The notes below the pieces were generated by a model. That model was not told the origin of the DNA. It ran no database searches and saw nothing but the letters and a program-made list of their open reading frames with translations. The translations under genes were made by a program, and so were the position numbers. From positions 285 to 64,284 of the forward strand of contig CAKOTU010000004.1 of assembly GCA_934120265.1 (NCBI GenBank): 64,000 nt of DNA, given 5' to 3'. Source of the DNA: an uncultured Bacilli bacterium. GTDB taxonomy: Bacteria; Bacillota_I; Bacilli_A; RF39; UBA660. Positions within the stretch are counted from its first letter, which is position 1. Each line of letters starts with the position of its first letter. This document shows, piece after piece, positions 25,338 to 34,228 of this stretch.

Positions 25338-26462
25338 ATGAAAATGGATACATATGAAAGTTATGTCATAGAGCCTAGAGTAGAAATGCTAAAAGAATAT
25401 TATAAAGAGAATCAAGAATTAACAATTGTTGGATTAAACGATTCTCAAGGAGTTAATACAACTAGTTTATTTAAAAAGGGATTACTTGAATTCATTTCTG
25501 ATAAGTTAAAAGATGAAGAAACAAAAACGACCGTAATTAATGCATTTTCATTAATGTTTAATAAAACGGAGCACATCAATTATTTATTAAAATCTAATCC
25601 AAACTTAGAAGAAATAAAGGATTTACAAGTTTATGGAATGGTCTCTGCTTTAGAGAAGGCGTTTGGTGATTTTCATTTGCCTAGATGTTTAGGCAAAATA
25701 GGTTATATAAGTAGAAAGTTACGTAAACCTTGTGATGAAGATAAAAATATAAGATTAACAGATACTTTAAGAGATTCTAAAGAGCCTATAGTTATTTATT
25801 CGAGTGGTGCTAATGATTTAATGAGAGAATGTTGGAATAATCCTTTAAAAATTAAAAAAGATTATGAAAAACAATATGCAGCTTATAAATATGCTGTGGA
25901 TAAGTTAAATACATCAACTGTGAACAGAGTTCTTGATAGGGTAGATAAGAACTTTAATAATATTTTATCCATAAATGATAAAGCAGACATTTTTGCACTA
26001 GGACTATATATTCCAAAATCAATGCAAGGGGATGAAATGGAAGTATTCAACAATGTTATTAGAATATACAATTGCTTTTTAAAGGAATTATGTAAAAAAT
26101 ATAATATTGAATATGTTAACACTGAGTTTGTTGCTAGTCAAAATAACAAAAGCGAAAAAAACTTTCATATTACAACAGAGGGGCACGCTTATTTAGCAAA
26201 CAGAATAATAGAAATTTTATATAATAGAAAAATATATGAAAATAGAAATTTTGTTCTTCCAGAGCTTACTGGTTTTAAATCTGGTAAAAATGGTTTGTAT
26301 GAATTTTTAGTTGATTTAAAAAGAGATTATCGAAGAGCTGTTGAAGAGGGTATAGATGCTATGGGACTTGATGAGATGGCATGTAAGGTTGCCTTTGAAA
26401 AACGAAAAGAAATAGAAAGACAAATTGGCGTTGTTGAAAAAACTTTAGTGAAAAAAATGTAA
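25338..26462 (+). CDS. Possible SGNH/GDSL-fold hydrolase-like protein
   Basis: Block III-like SSGANDL and block V-like FHITTEGHAYLANRI. Block I is atypical (GLNDS). A weak call. Confidence 0.35.
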   Translation: MKMDTYESYVIEPRVEMLKEYYKENQELTIVGLNDSQGVNTTSLFKKGLLEFISDKLKDEETKTTVINAFSLMFNKTEHINYLLKSNPNLEEIKDLQVYGMVSALEKAFGDFHLPRCLGKIGYISRKLRKPCDEDKNIRLTDTLRDSKEPIVIYSSGANDLMRECWNNPLKIKKDYEKQYAAYKYAVDKLNTSTVNRVLDRVDKNFNNILSINDKADIFALGLYIPKSMQGDEMEVFNNVIRIYNCFLKELCKKYNIEYVNTEFVASQNNKSEKNFHITTEGHAYLANRIIEILYNRKIYENRNFVLPELTGFKSGKNGLYEFLVDLKRDYRRAVEEGIDAMGLDEMACKVAFEKRKEIERQIGVVEKTLVKKM

Positions 26463-26491
26463 AATTTGCAATATTTGGTTGCAAATTTTTT
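26462..26491 (+). terminator. Intrinsic terminator
   Basis: aaatttgcaa-tatttgg-ttgcaaattt followed by ttt. Confidence 0.7.
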
Positions 26492-26508
26492 GCTATAAAC
26501 TAAAAATG

Positions 26509-26701
26509 TTGATATTAAAAAATGAATATTGTATAATAAAGACAGTAAAGGTAGTGATGGTATGGTTAAAGAGAAAAGTATAAACATAACTCAAAACTCA
26601 ACCTGGGGGGGGGGTATATTTAATCATACTATAATAATAAATAAAAAAGAAAACACAAAGTTTCTAGACTTTTTTGTAGTCTAGATTTCTTTGTGTTTTT
26701 T
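26509..26701 (+). promoter_or_regulatory. Leader cassette copy 3 (G10 tract; mini-ORF reads into the terminator)
   Basis: TTGATA(26509)-17-TATAAT(26532). Mini-ORF 26562-26684 encodes MVKEKSINITQNSTWGGGIFNHTIIINKKENTKFLDFFVV. G-run 26605-26614. Terminator 26653-26701. The stop TAG at 26682 lies in the 3' arm of the terminator. Confidence 0.7.
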
Positions 26702-26833
26702 GTTGACCTTTATAGGAAAGGAGTTGTTGTATAAGTACATAAAAATGCCAAAAACATGTATTATGGCTGGATGTTTATTATGAACAAAACAGGGTATAAT
26801 TAAAGTATAAAGTAAATAAGGAGGTAAGAAAAG

Positions 26834-27970
26834 ATGAAAAAGAAAGGATTTACTTTAATAGAATTACTAGCGGTAATAGTAGTATTAGCAATAATAGCAT
26901 TGATTGCAACACCAATAGTAATGAACACAATTAAAAAATCACAAAAAGGAGCAGCTGAGAGAAGTGCAGATAACTATATTGATGCTGTAGAAACAGCAGT
27001 TGCAACAGCAAGACTAGATAATAATGATGTTCCAGATGGAACATACACAATAGATGAAAATGGAAATCTATTAGTACCAAGTTTACCAAATGGCAAATTA
27101 ACAATCGAAATGAATGGAAATAAACCAAAGGGTGGAACAATCACAATAAAGAATGGGCAAGTAACAACTGACTCAAAGATGACAGTAGGAAGTTATGAAG
27201 TATCATACAACCCAACAACAAATAAATATGAAGCGTCAGAAGAAGGAACATCAACTAAAACATATGCAAACGGAGAAGTAGTATATTTTAACGTAACAAC
27301 AGGAGAAAAATGTTCAGCATCAGATTATACAGATGATATCATGGAAAAAGACGGCTGTTTGAAATTCTATGCATTTAATGATGAAGGTGGAAACAAAGTA
27401 AATTTATTACTAGATCATAATACAACAGCAACAGTAGCATGGAATTCAAGTAAAAGTAATACAAATGGTCCAAAAGAAATATTAGATAGTTTAAAAACAG
27501 CTACAGCGTCATGGAAAGGAACGGAAACTCCAGCAAATTATACAATGGATCAAACGAGTAAAACAAGTAAAGCAAGCTATACAATAGATTATAGTGGATA
27601 TAAAGCAAGATTAATAACAGCGCAAGAAATAGCTCAAATAGTAGGCAATACATCTTGGGATGAGAAAAGTGCTAGTAGTGAATATTATTTTGATTCTAAA
27701 TCAAGTTTTGCAAGTTCTACATGTACAAGCGGAAATACAACAGGTTGCCAATATGGATGGCTTTACGATAAAACAAGCGCAAGTTGTACAACATATGGAT
27801 GTTTAAATAATTCAGGTAATAGATACTGGACAGCTTCTTCTTATAGCGGTGATTCTAGTAATGCTTGGTATGTGGATTATAGTGGCTCAATAGGAAATGA
27901 TGGTGTTAACTATCCTGGTTTCTATGGTGTACGTCCAGTTATAGAGGTATTAAAATCTAAACTTTCGTAA
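26834..27970 (+). CDS. Modular prepilin-type protein with a type-B DUF1566-like C-terminal module
   Basis: MKKKGFTLIELLAVIVVLAIIALIATPIVM. The pilin head contains LTIEMNGNKPKGGTITIKNGQV. The C-terminal ~240 aa are collinear with module 3 of 16432-18540 and end in YGVRPVIEV. Confidence 0.85.
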   Translation: MKKKGFTLIELLAVIVVLAIIALIATPIVMNTIKKSQKGAAERSADNYIDAVETAVATARLDNNDVPDGTYTIDENGNLLVPSLPNGKLTIEMNGNKPKGGTITIKNGQVTTDSKMTVGSYEVSYNPTTNKYEASEEGTSTKTYANGEVVYFNVTTGEKCSASDYTDDIMEKDGCLKFYAFNDEGGNKVNLLLDHNTTATVAWNSSKSNTNGPKEILDSLKTATASWKGTETPANYTMDQTSKTSKASYTIDYSGYKARLITAQEIAQIVGNTSWDEKSASSEYYFDSKSSFASSTCTSGNTTGCQYGWLYDKTSASCTTYGCLNNSGNRYWTASSYSGDSSNAWYVDYSGSIGNDGVNYPGFYGVRPVIEVLKSKLS

Positions 27971-27994
27971 GAAATACAATTGATTGAGTATGTA

Positions 27995-28033
27995 AAGATA
28001 ATTGAAAATGGTATTGTTTCAATTATCTTTTTT
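27995..28033 (+). terminator. Intrinsic terminator
   Basis: aagataattgaaa-(loop)-tttcaattatctt followed by tttt. Confidence 0.75.
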
Positions 28034-28087
28034 ATATTTTAATTGATTATTTATTATTAAATATGTATAATAATCATAGGTGAAATT

Positions 28088-29890
28088 ATGAAGCAGGAAA
28101 ATATAAGAAATTTCTCTATTATTGCTCATATAGATCATGGTAAAAGTACTTTAGCTGATCGTATTTTGGAACTTACTGGGGCAATAAATGAAAGAGAAAA
28201 ACAGGATCAATTATTAGATAATATGGAACTTGAGAGAGAGCGTGGTATTACAATTAAGTTAAATGCAGTAAGACTTAAATACCATTATAAAGATGAAGAT
28301 TATATGTTAAATTTGATTGATACTCCAGGTCATGTTGATTTTACGTATGAAGTATCGCGTAGTTTAGCAGCATGTGAGGGAGCTATTTTAGTTGTTGATG
28401 CAGCGCAAGGAATAGAGGCTCAAACTTTAGCAAATCTTTATCTAGCTTTAGATAATGATTTAACAATTATTCCTGTCATAAATAAAATAGATTTACCTAA
28501 TGCTGATCCAGAGAAGGTAAAAAGGGAATTGATGGATACATTAGGATTTAACGAAGATGAAATAATTTTAACAAGTGCAAAAAATGGAATTGGTATCAAA
28601 GAATTAGTGGAAACGATTATAGAAAAAGTACCTAGTCCTAAAGGAAATAAAAAAGATAAATTACAAGCTTTAATATTTGACAGTATATATGATCCTTATC
28701 GTGGAATTATTACTTTATCTAGAGTGATGGATGGTAGTGTTAAAGTAGGAGATAAAATAAAAATGATGGCAACTGGCGCTACTTATGATATTACAGAGAT
28801 TTTAGTTCATAGTCCTAAAGAGGTTAAGGTTGATAAGTTGAAAGCTGGCGAAGTAGGGTGTATATGTGCTAGTATTAAAAGTATTAATGATGTCAAAGTA
28901 GGAGATACCATTACTAATGCAGATAATCCTGCAAGTGAACCTTTACCTGGATATAAACCTATGAAACCAATGGTTTTTTGTGGACTTTATCCAATTGAGT
29001 CATCACGTTATCCAGAACTTCGTGAGGCTTTAGAAAAATTAAAATTAAATGATGCTTCTTTAGAGTTTGAGCCTGAAACCTCTAAAGCTTTAGGATTTGG
29101 ATTTAGATGTGGTTTTTTAGGACTTTTACACATGGATATTATTGAAGAAAGAATTGAAAGAGAATTTAAGATAGATTTAATTGCAACATCTCCTTCCGTT
29201 GTTTATGAAGTTACACTAACTGATCATACTACAGTAATGATTGATAGTCCGGTTAAGATGCCTGATAAACAAAAAATATTAGATATTAAAGAACCATATA
29301 TAAGAACTAACATATTTGTACCTAGTGAATATATAGGACCAATAATGGAGTTATGTCAAGATAAGCGTGGTAATTATATTTCTATGGAATATTTAGATCC
29401 AACACGTGTTAATATTCATTATGAAATTCCACTATCGGAAATTGTATACGATTTTTTTGATAAGTTAAAATCTACAACTAAGGGTTATGCTTCTTTTGAT
29501 TATGAATTAATTGGGTATAAAAGTAGTAATTTGGTTAAAATGGATATTTTACTTAATGGCGAAGTTGTTGACGCTTTAAGTATAATTGTACATAAGGATT
29601 TTGCTTATAAACGTGGTAGAAGTGTTGTTGAGCAATTACGAAAATTAATCCCACGTCAACAATTTGAGGTTCCAATTCAGGCATGCCTTGGAAATAAAGC
29701 TATTGCTCGTGAAACTGTTAAAGCAGTACGTAAGGATGTTTTAGCTAAATGTTATGGTGGAGATGTTTCACGTAAAAGAAAGTTGCTTGAAAAACAAAAA
29801 GAAGGTAAAAAAAGAATGAAAATGGTAGGTAGTGTTGAAATACCACAGGAAGCATTCTTGGCTGTTTTAAGCATGGAGGATGAAAAATGA
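28088..29890 (+). CDS. lepA: Elongation factor 4 (LepA)
   Basis: G1 [10 protein letters not shown]3 DTPGHVDF, G4 NKIDL, and the LepA-specific C-terminal domain. Confidence 0.95.
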   Translation: MKQENIRNFSIIAHIDHGKSTLADRILELTGAINEREKQDQLLDNMELERERGITIKLNAVRLKYHYKDEDYMLNLIDTPGHVDFTYEVSRSLAACEGAILVVDAAQGIEAQTLANLYLALDNDLTIIPVINKIDLPNADPEKVKRELMDTLGFNEDEIILTSAKNGIGIKELVETIIEKVPSPKGNKKDKLQALIFDSIYDPYRGIITLSRVMDGSVKVGDKIKMMATGATYDITEILVHSPKEVKVDKLKAGEVGCICASIKSINDVKVGDTITNADNPASEPLPGYKPMKPMVFCGLYPIESSRYPELREALEKLKLNDASLEFEPETSKALGFGFRCGFLGLLHMDIIEERIEREFKIDLIATSPSVVYEVTLTDHTTVMIDSPVKMPDKQKILDIKEPYIRTNIFVPSEYIGPIMELCQDKRGNYISMEYLDPTRVNIHYEIPLSEIVYDFFDKLKSTTKGYASFDYELIGYKSSNLVKMDILLNGEVVDALSIIVHKDFAYKRGRSVVEQLRKLIPRQQFEVPIQACLGNKAIARETVKAVRKDVLAKCYGGDVSRKRKLLEKQKEGKKRMKMVGSVEIPQEAFLAVLSMEDEK

Positions 29891-30306
29891 CAATAGGTGA
29901 ATTAACAAATATAGCTAATGAGTATTTAAATGAAAATATTTCATTAAGAGAATTATCAGCTCGTCATGGAATATCTAAATCAACTTTGGTTAGGTACTTT
30001 AATAGGCAACAATTGATTGTTTTGCCATATAATTTGCAGATGAAAGTGGATGCTAAAAAAGAGAAAAACTGGATTGATGGTAAATCGACTAGCGGTAATT
30101 TAGGACATAAAACGGCTACAAAGGAACAAATACAAGCCATGGCTAAAATGGCGATAGAAAATAATCTGTCACTAAGAGAACTAGCTAATGCTATTGATGT
30201 AAGTTATACAACTTTATATTCGTTTTTTACTGTAGAAAATTTAGGGCTTGATTTATATCAACAAGTTTTAAATTTGTATAGTGAAAATAAAGCAAAAAGA
30301 AAATAA
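29887..30306 (+). CDS. Small DNA-binding protein with two HTH-like repeats
   Basis: [21 protein letters not shown] and [21 protein letters not shown]. Overlaps the lepA stop. Confidence 0.45.
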   Translation: MTIGELTNIANEYLNENISLRELSARHGISKSTLVRYFNRQQLIVLPYNLQMKVDAKKEKNWIDGKSTSGNLGHKTATKEQIQAMAKMAIENNLSLRELANAIDVSYTTLYSFFTVENLGLDLYQQVLNLYSENKAKRK

Positions 30307-30423
30307 TCATTTTGATGTGAACCCCGTTTCTTGGACAAAAGAAGCGAGGTTTTTATATGTATAGTATTATATTTGCTTATAAATAATCATTTTGTTATAA
30401 TATTTATAGAAAAGAGAATGTTT

Positions 30424-31536
30424 ATGAAGTCGTGTTATATCCATATTCCATTTTGTAAAACAATTTGTTCGTATTGTGACTTTTGTAAATTTTATTATGA
30501 TAAAAAATGGACACTAAAATATCTAGAACAACTACAAAAAGAAATAGCGTTAAATTATAAAGATGAAAAAGTAAATACTATATATATAGGAGGTGGAACA
30601 CCAACATCTCTTGATTATAATGAGCTAAAATATTTATTAGATATAGTAAAAAAATTAAGATTAAATAATAGTTATGAATATACGATTGAAGCTAATGTAG
30701 AAACTTTAGATTTAGATAAGATAAAATTATTAAAAGAATATGGTATAAATAGAGTAAGTATCGGTGTAGAAAGCATTGTTGAAAAAAATATTAAATTTTT
30801 AGATCGTCACCACACTAAAGAAGATGTTGTTAGGGCTATTGATTTATTAAAACAAGAAGGAATTAATAATATTAATATTGATTTGATTTATGCTTTACCA
30901 CATCAAACTATAGATGATTTAAAAGTTGACTTAGATTTCTTTTTAAGTTTGGATATTCCACATATATCGACATACTCACTTATGATAGAACCTCACACAA
31001 AATTGTATATAAATGGTGAACAAAATATTGATGAAACACTTGATTTAGATATGTATAATTATATTTGTCGGGTGTTAAAAGATAGTGGATATACTCATTA
31101 TGAAATAAGTAATTTTTCTAAAATAAATTTTGAATCAAAACATAATTTAACTTATTGGAATAATGAAGAATATTACGGTTTTGGAGTAGGTGCTAGTGGA
31201 TATGTAGATAATATTCGATATGATAATACAAGAAGTATTAACAAATATTTAAATGGAGTATATCGATTTAATGAGGAAGAAGTGGACTTTAATACAAAGG
31301 TTGAAAATGAATTTATTTTAGGATTTAGGAAACTTAAAGGAATTAATAAGAAGAATTTTTATAATAAATATAAAATAGATATTGACAGTTTAGATGTTAT
31401 AAAAAGATTAAAATTGGAGGAAAAGTTACTTGAAGATAGAGACAATATATTTATAAATCCGCAATATATTTATACATCTAATCAAATATTGATTGAATTT
31501 TTAGGAGGTAATTATGAACAAAGAAGAAGTATTTAA
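30424..31536 (+). CDS. hemW: Radical SAM heme chaperone HemW (HemN-like)
   Basis: CYIHIPFCKTICSYCDF (CxxxCxxC), located downstream of lepA as in B. subtilis. The track N-terminal extension from 30331 (TTG) crosses a terminator-like hairpin, so I reject it. 30418 is also a possible start. Confidence 0.85.
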   Translation: MKSCYIHIPFCKTICSYCDFCKFYYDKKWTLKYLEQLQKEIALNYKDEKVNTIYIGGGTPTSLDYNELKYLLDIVKKLRLNNSYEYTIEANVETLDLDKIKLLKEYGINRVSIGVESIVEKNIKFLDRHHTKEDVVRAIDLLKQEGINNINIDLIYALPHQTIDDLKVDLDFFLSLDIPHISTYSLMIEPHTKLYINGEQNIDETLDLDMYNYICRVLKDSGYTHYEISNFSKINFESKHNLTYWNNEEYYGFGVGASGYVDNIRYDNTRSINKYLNGVYRFNEEEVDFNTKVENEFILGFRKLKGINKKNFYNKYKIDIDSLDVIKRLKLEEKLLEDRDNIFINPQYIYTSNQILIEFLGGNYEQRRSI

Positions 31537-32092
31537 AGTAGAAATAAATTATGTATTTAATACAAAATTAAGAGAAAATTTAAGGGTGTTAATAAATTTA
31601 TTACCTGATTATTTTTTTGAAATACCAGCATCATCAACAGGAAAGTATCATCCGTCTTTTGCTCTAGGAGAAGGTGGACTTGTAAGACATACAAAGACTG
31701 CGGTAAGAATAGGATATGAACTTTTAAATAATAATTGCATAGGCAATGTTTTTAATGATAATGAAAAAGATTTGATTATTATGGCTTTACTTATGCATGA
31801 TGGTTGTAAATCTGGTCTTATGCACGGACAATATACGGTGGTAAATCATCCACTTATTGTCTCAAAGCTAATTCAAGATAACAAAGATAAATTAACTTTG
31901 ACGGATGATGAACTAAATTTGTTGTGTTCAATGATAGAGTCTCATATGGGAGAATTTAATAAAGATTTTAAGGGTAATGTTGTTTTACCTTTACCACAAA
32001 ATAAATATCAAAAATTTGTTCATATGTGTGACTATTTAGCTAGTAAGAAATTTTTAGATATTAAGTTTGAAAATAATAATATAGTAGGGTAA
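31514..32092 (+). CDS. HD-domain phosphohydrolase
   Basis: H...HD pattern (LVRHTK...LLMHDGCK...ESHMGE...CDYLAS). Confidence 0.6.
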   Translation: MNKEEVFKVEINYVFNTKLRENLRVLINLLPDYFFEIPASSTGKYHPSFALGEGGLVRHTKTAVRIGYELLNNNCIGNVFNDNEKDLIIMALLMHDGCKSGLMHGQYTVVNHPLIVSKLIQDNKDKLTLTDDELNLLCSMIESHMGEFNKDFKGNVVLPLPQNKYQKFVHMCDYLASKKFLDIKFENNNIVG

Positions 32093-32096
32093 ATTT

Positions 32097-32429
32097 ATGA
32101 ATGATTTTGATTTAGAAGCAATAGAGAAAAGTTTTGAAGAATATAAAAAAATTGTTAATGAAAAACATTGGGCAGACTTAACTGTTGTAGATATAGAGTA
32201 TGTTACTGATATAGAAAAGAAAAAGAAATTTAAAAGTTCACTTAGATATGTTATTAATCCTCTTTTATACCATATGAGGTCAATGAGAAGTTTTAAATTT
32301 TCTCACAGTAATAATGAATTAACTTGTAGAAATATGTTAAAGGATATTTTTGCTTATTATCAAAAATTAGGATTTGATAAAAATGATATAGTGCAGATTG
32401 CGTGCGATAGAAGCAACAAAAAATATTGA
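32097..32429 (+). CDS. Hypothetical protein
   Basis: Compact spacing within the operon. No motif recognised. Confidence 0.35.
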   Translation: MNDFDLEAIEKSFEEYKKIVNEKHWADLTVVDIEYVTDIEKKKKFKSSLRYVINPLLYHMRSMRSFKFSHSNNELTCRNMLKDIFAYYQKLGFDKNDIVQIACDRSNKKY

Positions 32430-32473
32430 CACGAACAAATGTTTATGATAATATTGTAATGGAGGTAAGATAT

Positions 32474-33253
32474 ATGGAAAATGTACATGCTAAAGTAAAT
32501 TTATTGGGTTACACAAAAACAGTAAATGGTGGTGGCCCAGAAGAGGTTGTTGCTGCTGCTGGAAAACTATGTTATTCTAAAGTAGGAGCTAAAGAAATAT
32601 TAGAAAAAATGTCGGAGGAAGATATTCAAAAATTTTTGAATACTTTAACTAATTTAGGACATTATAGTCCATTTGAACATGCTAGTTTTACTTTTATTAT
32701 TGAAGGTATTAGTAGAGCTTGTTCTCATCAAATAGTAAGACATAGAATTGCGAGTTATTCACAACAAAGCCAAAGATATGTTGATTTAAAGGATACAATA
32801 AAAATAATAGTGCCTCCAGAAATTGAAGACGATGAAGCTATAAAGCAAAAATATATTGATTCTATCATGAACGATTATGATGCTTATGTTGATATTACAG
32901 CAAGTCTTGCTAACAAGTATATAAAAAATGGTATGGATGAAAGGCAAGCAAAGAAAAAAGCTTTAGAGGATGCTAGGTTTGCTTTACCTAATGCTTGTGA
33001 AACAAAGATGGTAATGTCGATGAACGCTAGAAGCTTAATTAATTTCTTTGAAAAAAGATGCTGTAATAGAGCGCAATGGGAGATTAAGGAAGTTGCTGAT
33101 CAAATGCTCGATTTGGTTTTAGAAGTAGCGCCTCACTTATTTGCTAAAGCAGGAGCTAAGTGTGCGTTTGGTAGTTGTCCTGAGGGTAAAATGAGTTGTG
33201 GTAAAAAACAAGAACCTAGAGAATTACAAAAGGTGAAGAAATATGAGAGGTAA
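32474..33253 (+). CDS. thyX: FAD-dependent thymidylate synthase ThyX
   Basis: ThyX motif RHRIASYSQQSQRY. ATG at 32474 lies 7 nt after ggaggt. Confidence 0.9.
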   Translation: MENVHAKVNLLGYTKTVNGGGPEEVVAAAGKLCYSKVGAKEILEKMSEEDIQKFLNTLTNLGHYSPFEHASFTFIIEGISRACSHQIVRHRIASYSQQSQRYVDLKDTIKIIVPPEIEDDEAIKQKYIDSIMNDYDAYVDITASLANKYIKNGMDERQAKKKALEDARFALPNACETKMVMSMNARSLINFFEKRCCNRAQWEIKEVADQMLDLVLEVAPHLFAKAGAKCAFGSCPEGKMSCGKKQEPRELQKVKKYER

Positions 33254-33929
33254 GTTGATCGTTGTTGAAGGGACTGATTGTTCTGGAAAAGAAACTCAGA
33301 CTAATCTTTTATTAACTAATCTACATAATGATAATATAAAGGTTGAAAAATTTAGCTTTCCGAATTATCAATCACCAACTGGAAAAATAATAGGTGGACC
33401 TTATTTAGGAAAAAGTTATATTTGTGATGGTTGGTTTCCTGAGGGAGCTCCAAAAGTAGATCCTAAAGTTGCCGCTCTATATTATGCAGCTGATAGAAAA
33501 TATAATATTTATAAGATAAATTTTTTGCTCGAAAATGGTGTAAATGTTATTTTAGATAGATATGTATATTCCAATATGGCTCATCAAGGTGGAAAAATAA
33601 AAGATAATAATGAAAGATTTGCTATGTATGATTGGCTTGATAAGTTGGAATTTGGTTTGTTAGAACTTCCTGAGGCAGATATTAAAGTGTTCTTACATTT
33701 ACCTGTTGAACAAGCAGCTAAGCTTCGCATGGGAAGAGAAGAAGCTCTAGATGAGAACGAAAAGGACATAAATCATTTAAAAGATGCAGAAAGAGCTTAC
33801 AAGGAAATAGCTAATAAATATGGTTTCAAAACAATTGAGTGTAATGTTGGTAATGATATAAGAACTATTGACACTATTCAAGATGAATTATATGATTTTA
33901 TAAAGAAAGAGATTTCTTTCAGAAATTAG
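33243..33929 (+). CDS. tmk: Thymidylate kinase-like protein (variant P-loop)
   Basis: VVEGTDCSGKETQ (canonical form is EGxDGxGK[ST]T). The DRY motif is present (ILDRYVYSN). Confidence 0.6.
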   Translation: MRGKLIVVEGTDCSGKETQTNLLLTNLHNDNIKVEKFSFPNYQSPTGKIIGGPYLGKSYICDGWFPEGAPKVDPKVAALYYAADRKYNIYKINFLLENGVNVILDRYVYSNMAHQGGKIKDNNERFAMYDWLDKLEFGLLELPEADIKVFLHLPVEQAAKLRMGREEALDENEKDINHLKDAERAYKEIANKYGFKTIECNVGNDIRTIDTIQDELYDFIKKEISFRN

Positions 33930-34096
33930 TTATTGTATAATAAAGACAGTAAGGGTAGTGATAGTATGGTTAAAGAGACAAATGTATTAATTAAAAAATC
34001 AACCTGGTGGGGTATTTAATCATACTATAATAATAAAAAATAAAGAAAACGCAAAGTTTCTAGACTTTTTAGTAGTCTAGATTTCTTTGTGTTTTT
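33913..34096 (+). promoter_or_regulatory. Leader cassette copy 4 (interrupted G tract)
   Basis: TATAAT at 33936; the -35 region falls inside the tmk 3' end. Mini-ORF 33966-34019 encodes MVKETNVLIKKSTWWGI. The tract is ggtgggg at 34006-34012. Terminator 34049-34096. Confidence 0.65.
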
Positions 34097-34228
34097 ATGT
34101 GTACCTTTATAGGAAAGAAGTTGTTGTATAAGTACATAAATGTGTCGAAAACATGTATTATGACTAGATGTTTATAATAAACAAAATAGGGTATAATTAA
34201 AATGTAAATCATAAGGGAGGTAAAAAAG

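Noticed and set aside
30331-30423. N-terminal extensions in the ORF track produced by upstream alternative start codons: hemW from 30331, thyX from 32426, dGTPase from 35176, the LRR-TGase gene from 43435, murE2 from 47934, Bro-N from 55916, valS from 18800, greA from 42930, and the pilin genes from 3794 and 39585.
   Set aside because: The extensions cross terminators or leaders, lack an RBS and add hydrophobic or nonsense-looking residues. Internal ATG/GTG/TTG codons with good SD spacing give canonical N-termini.
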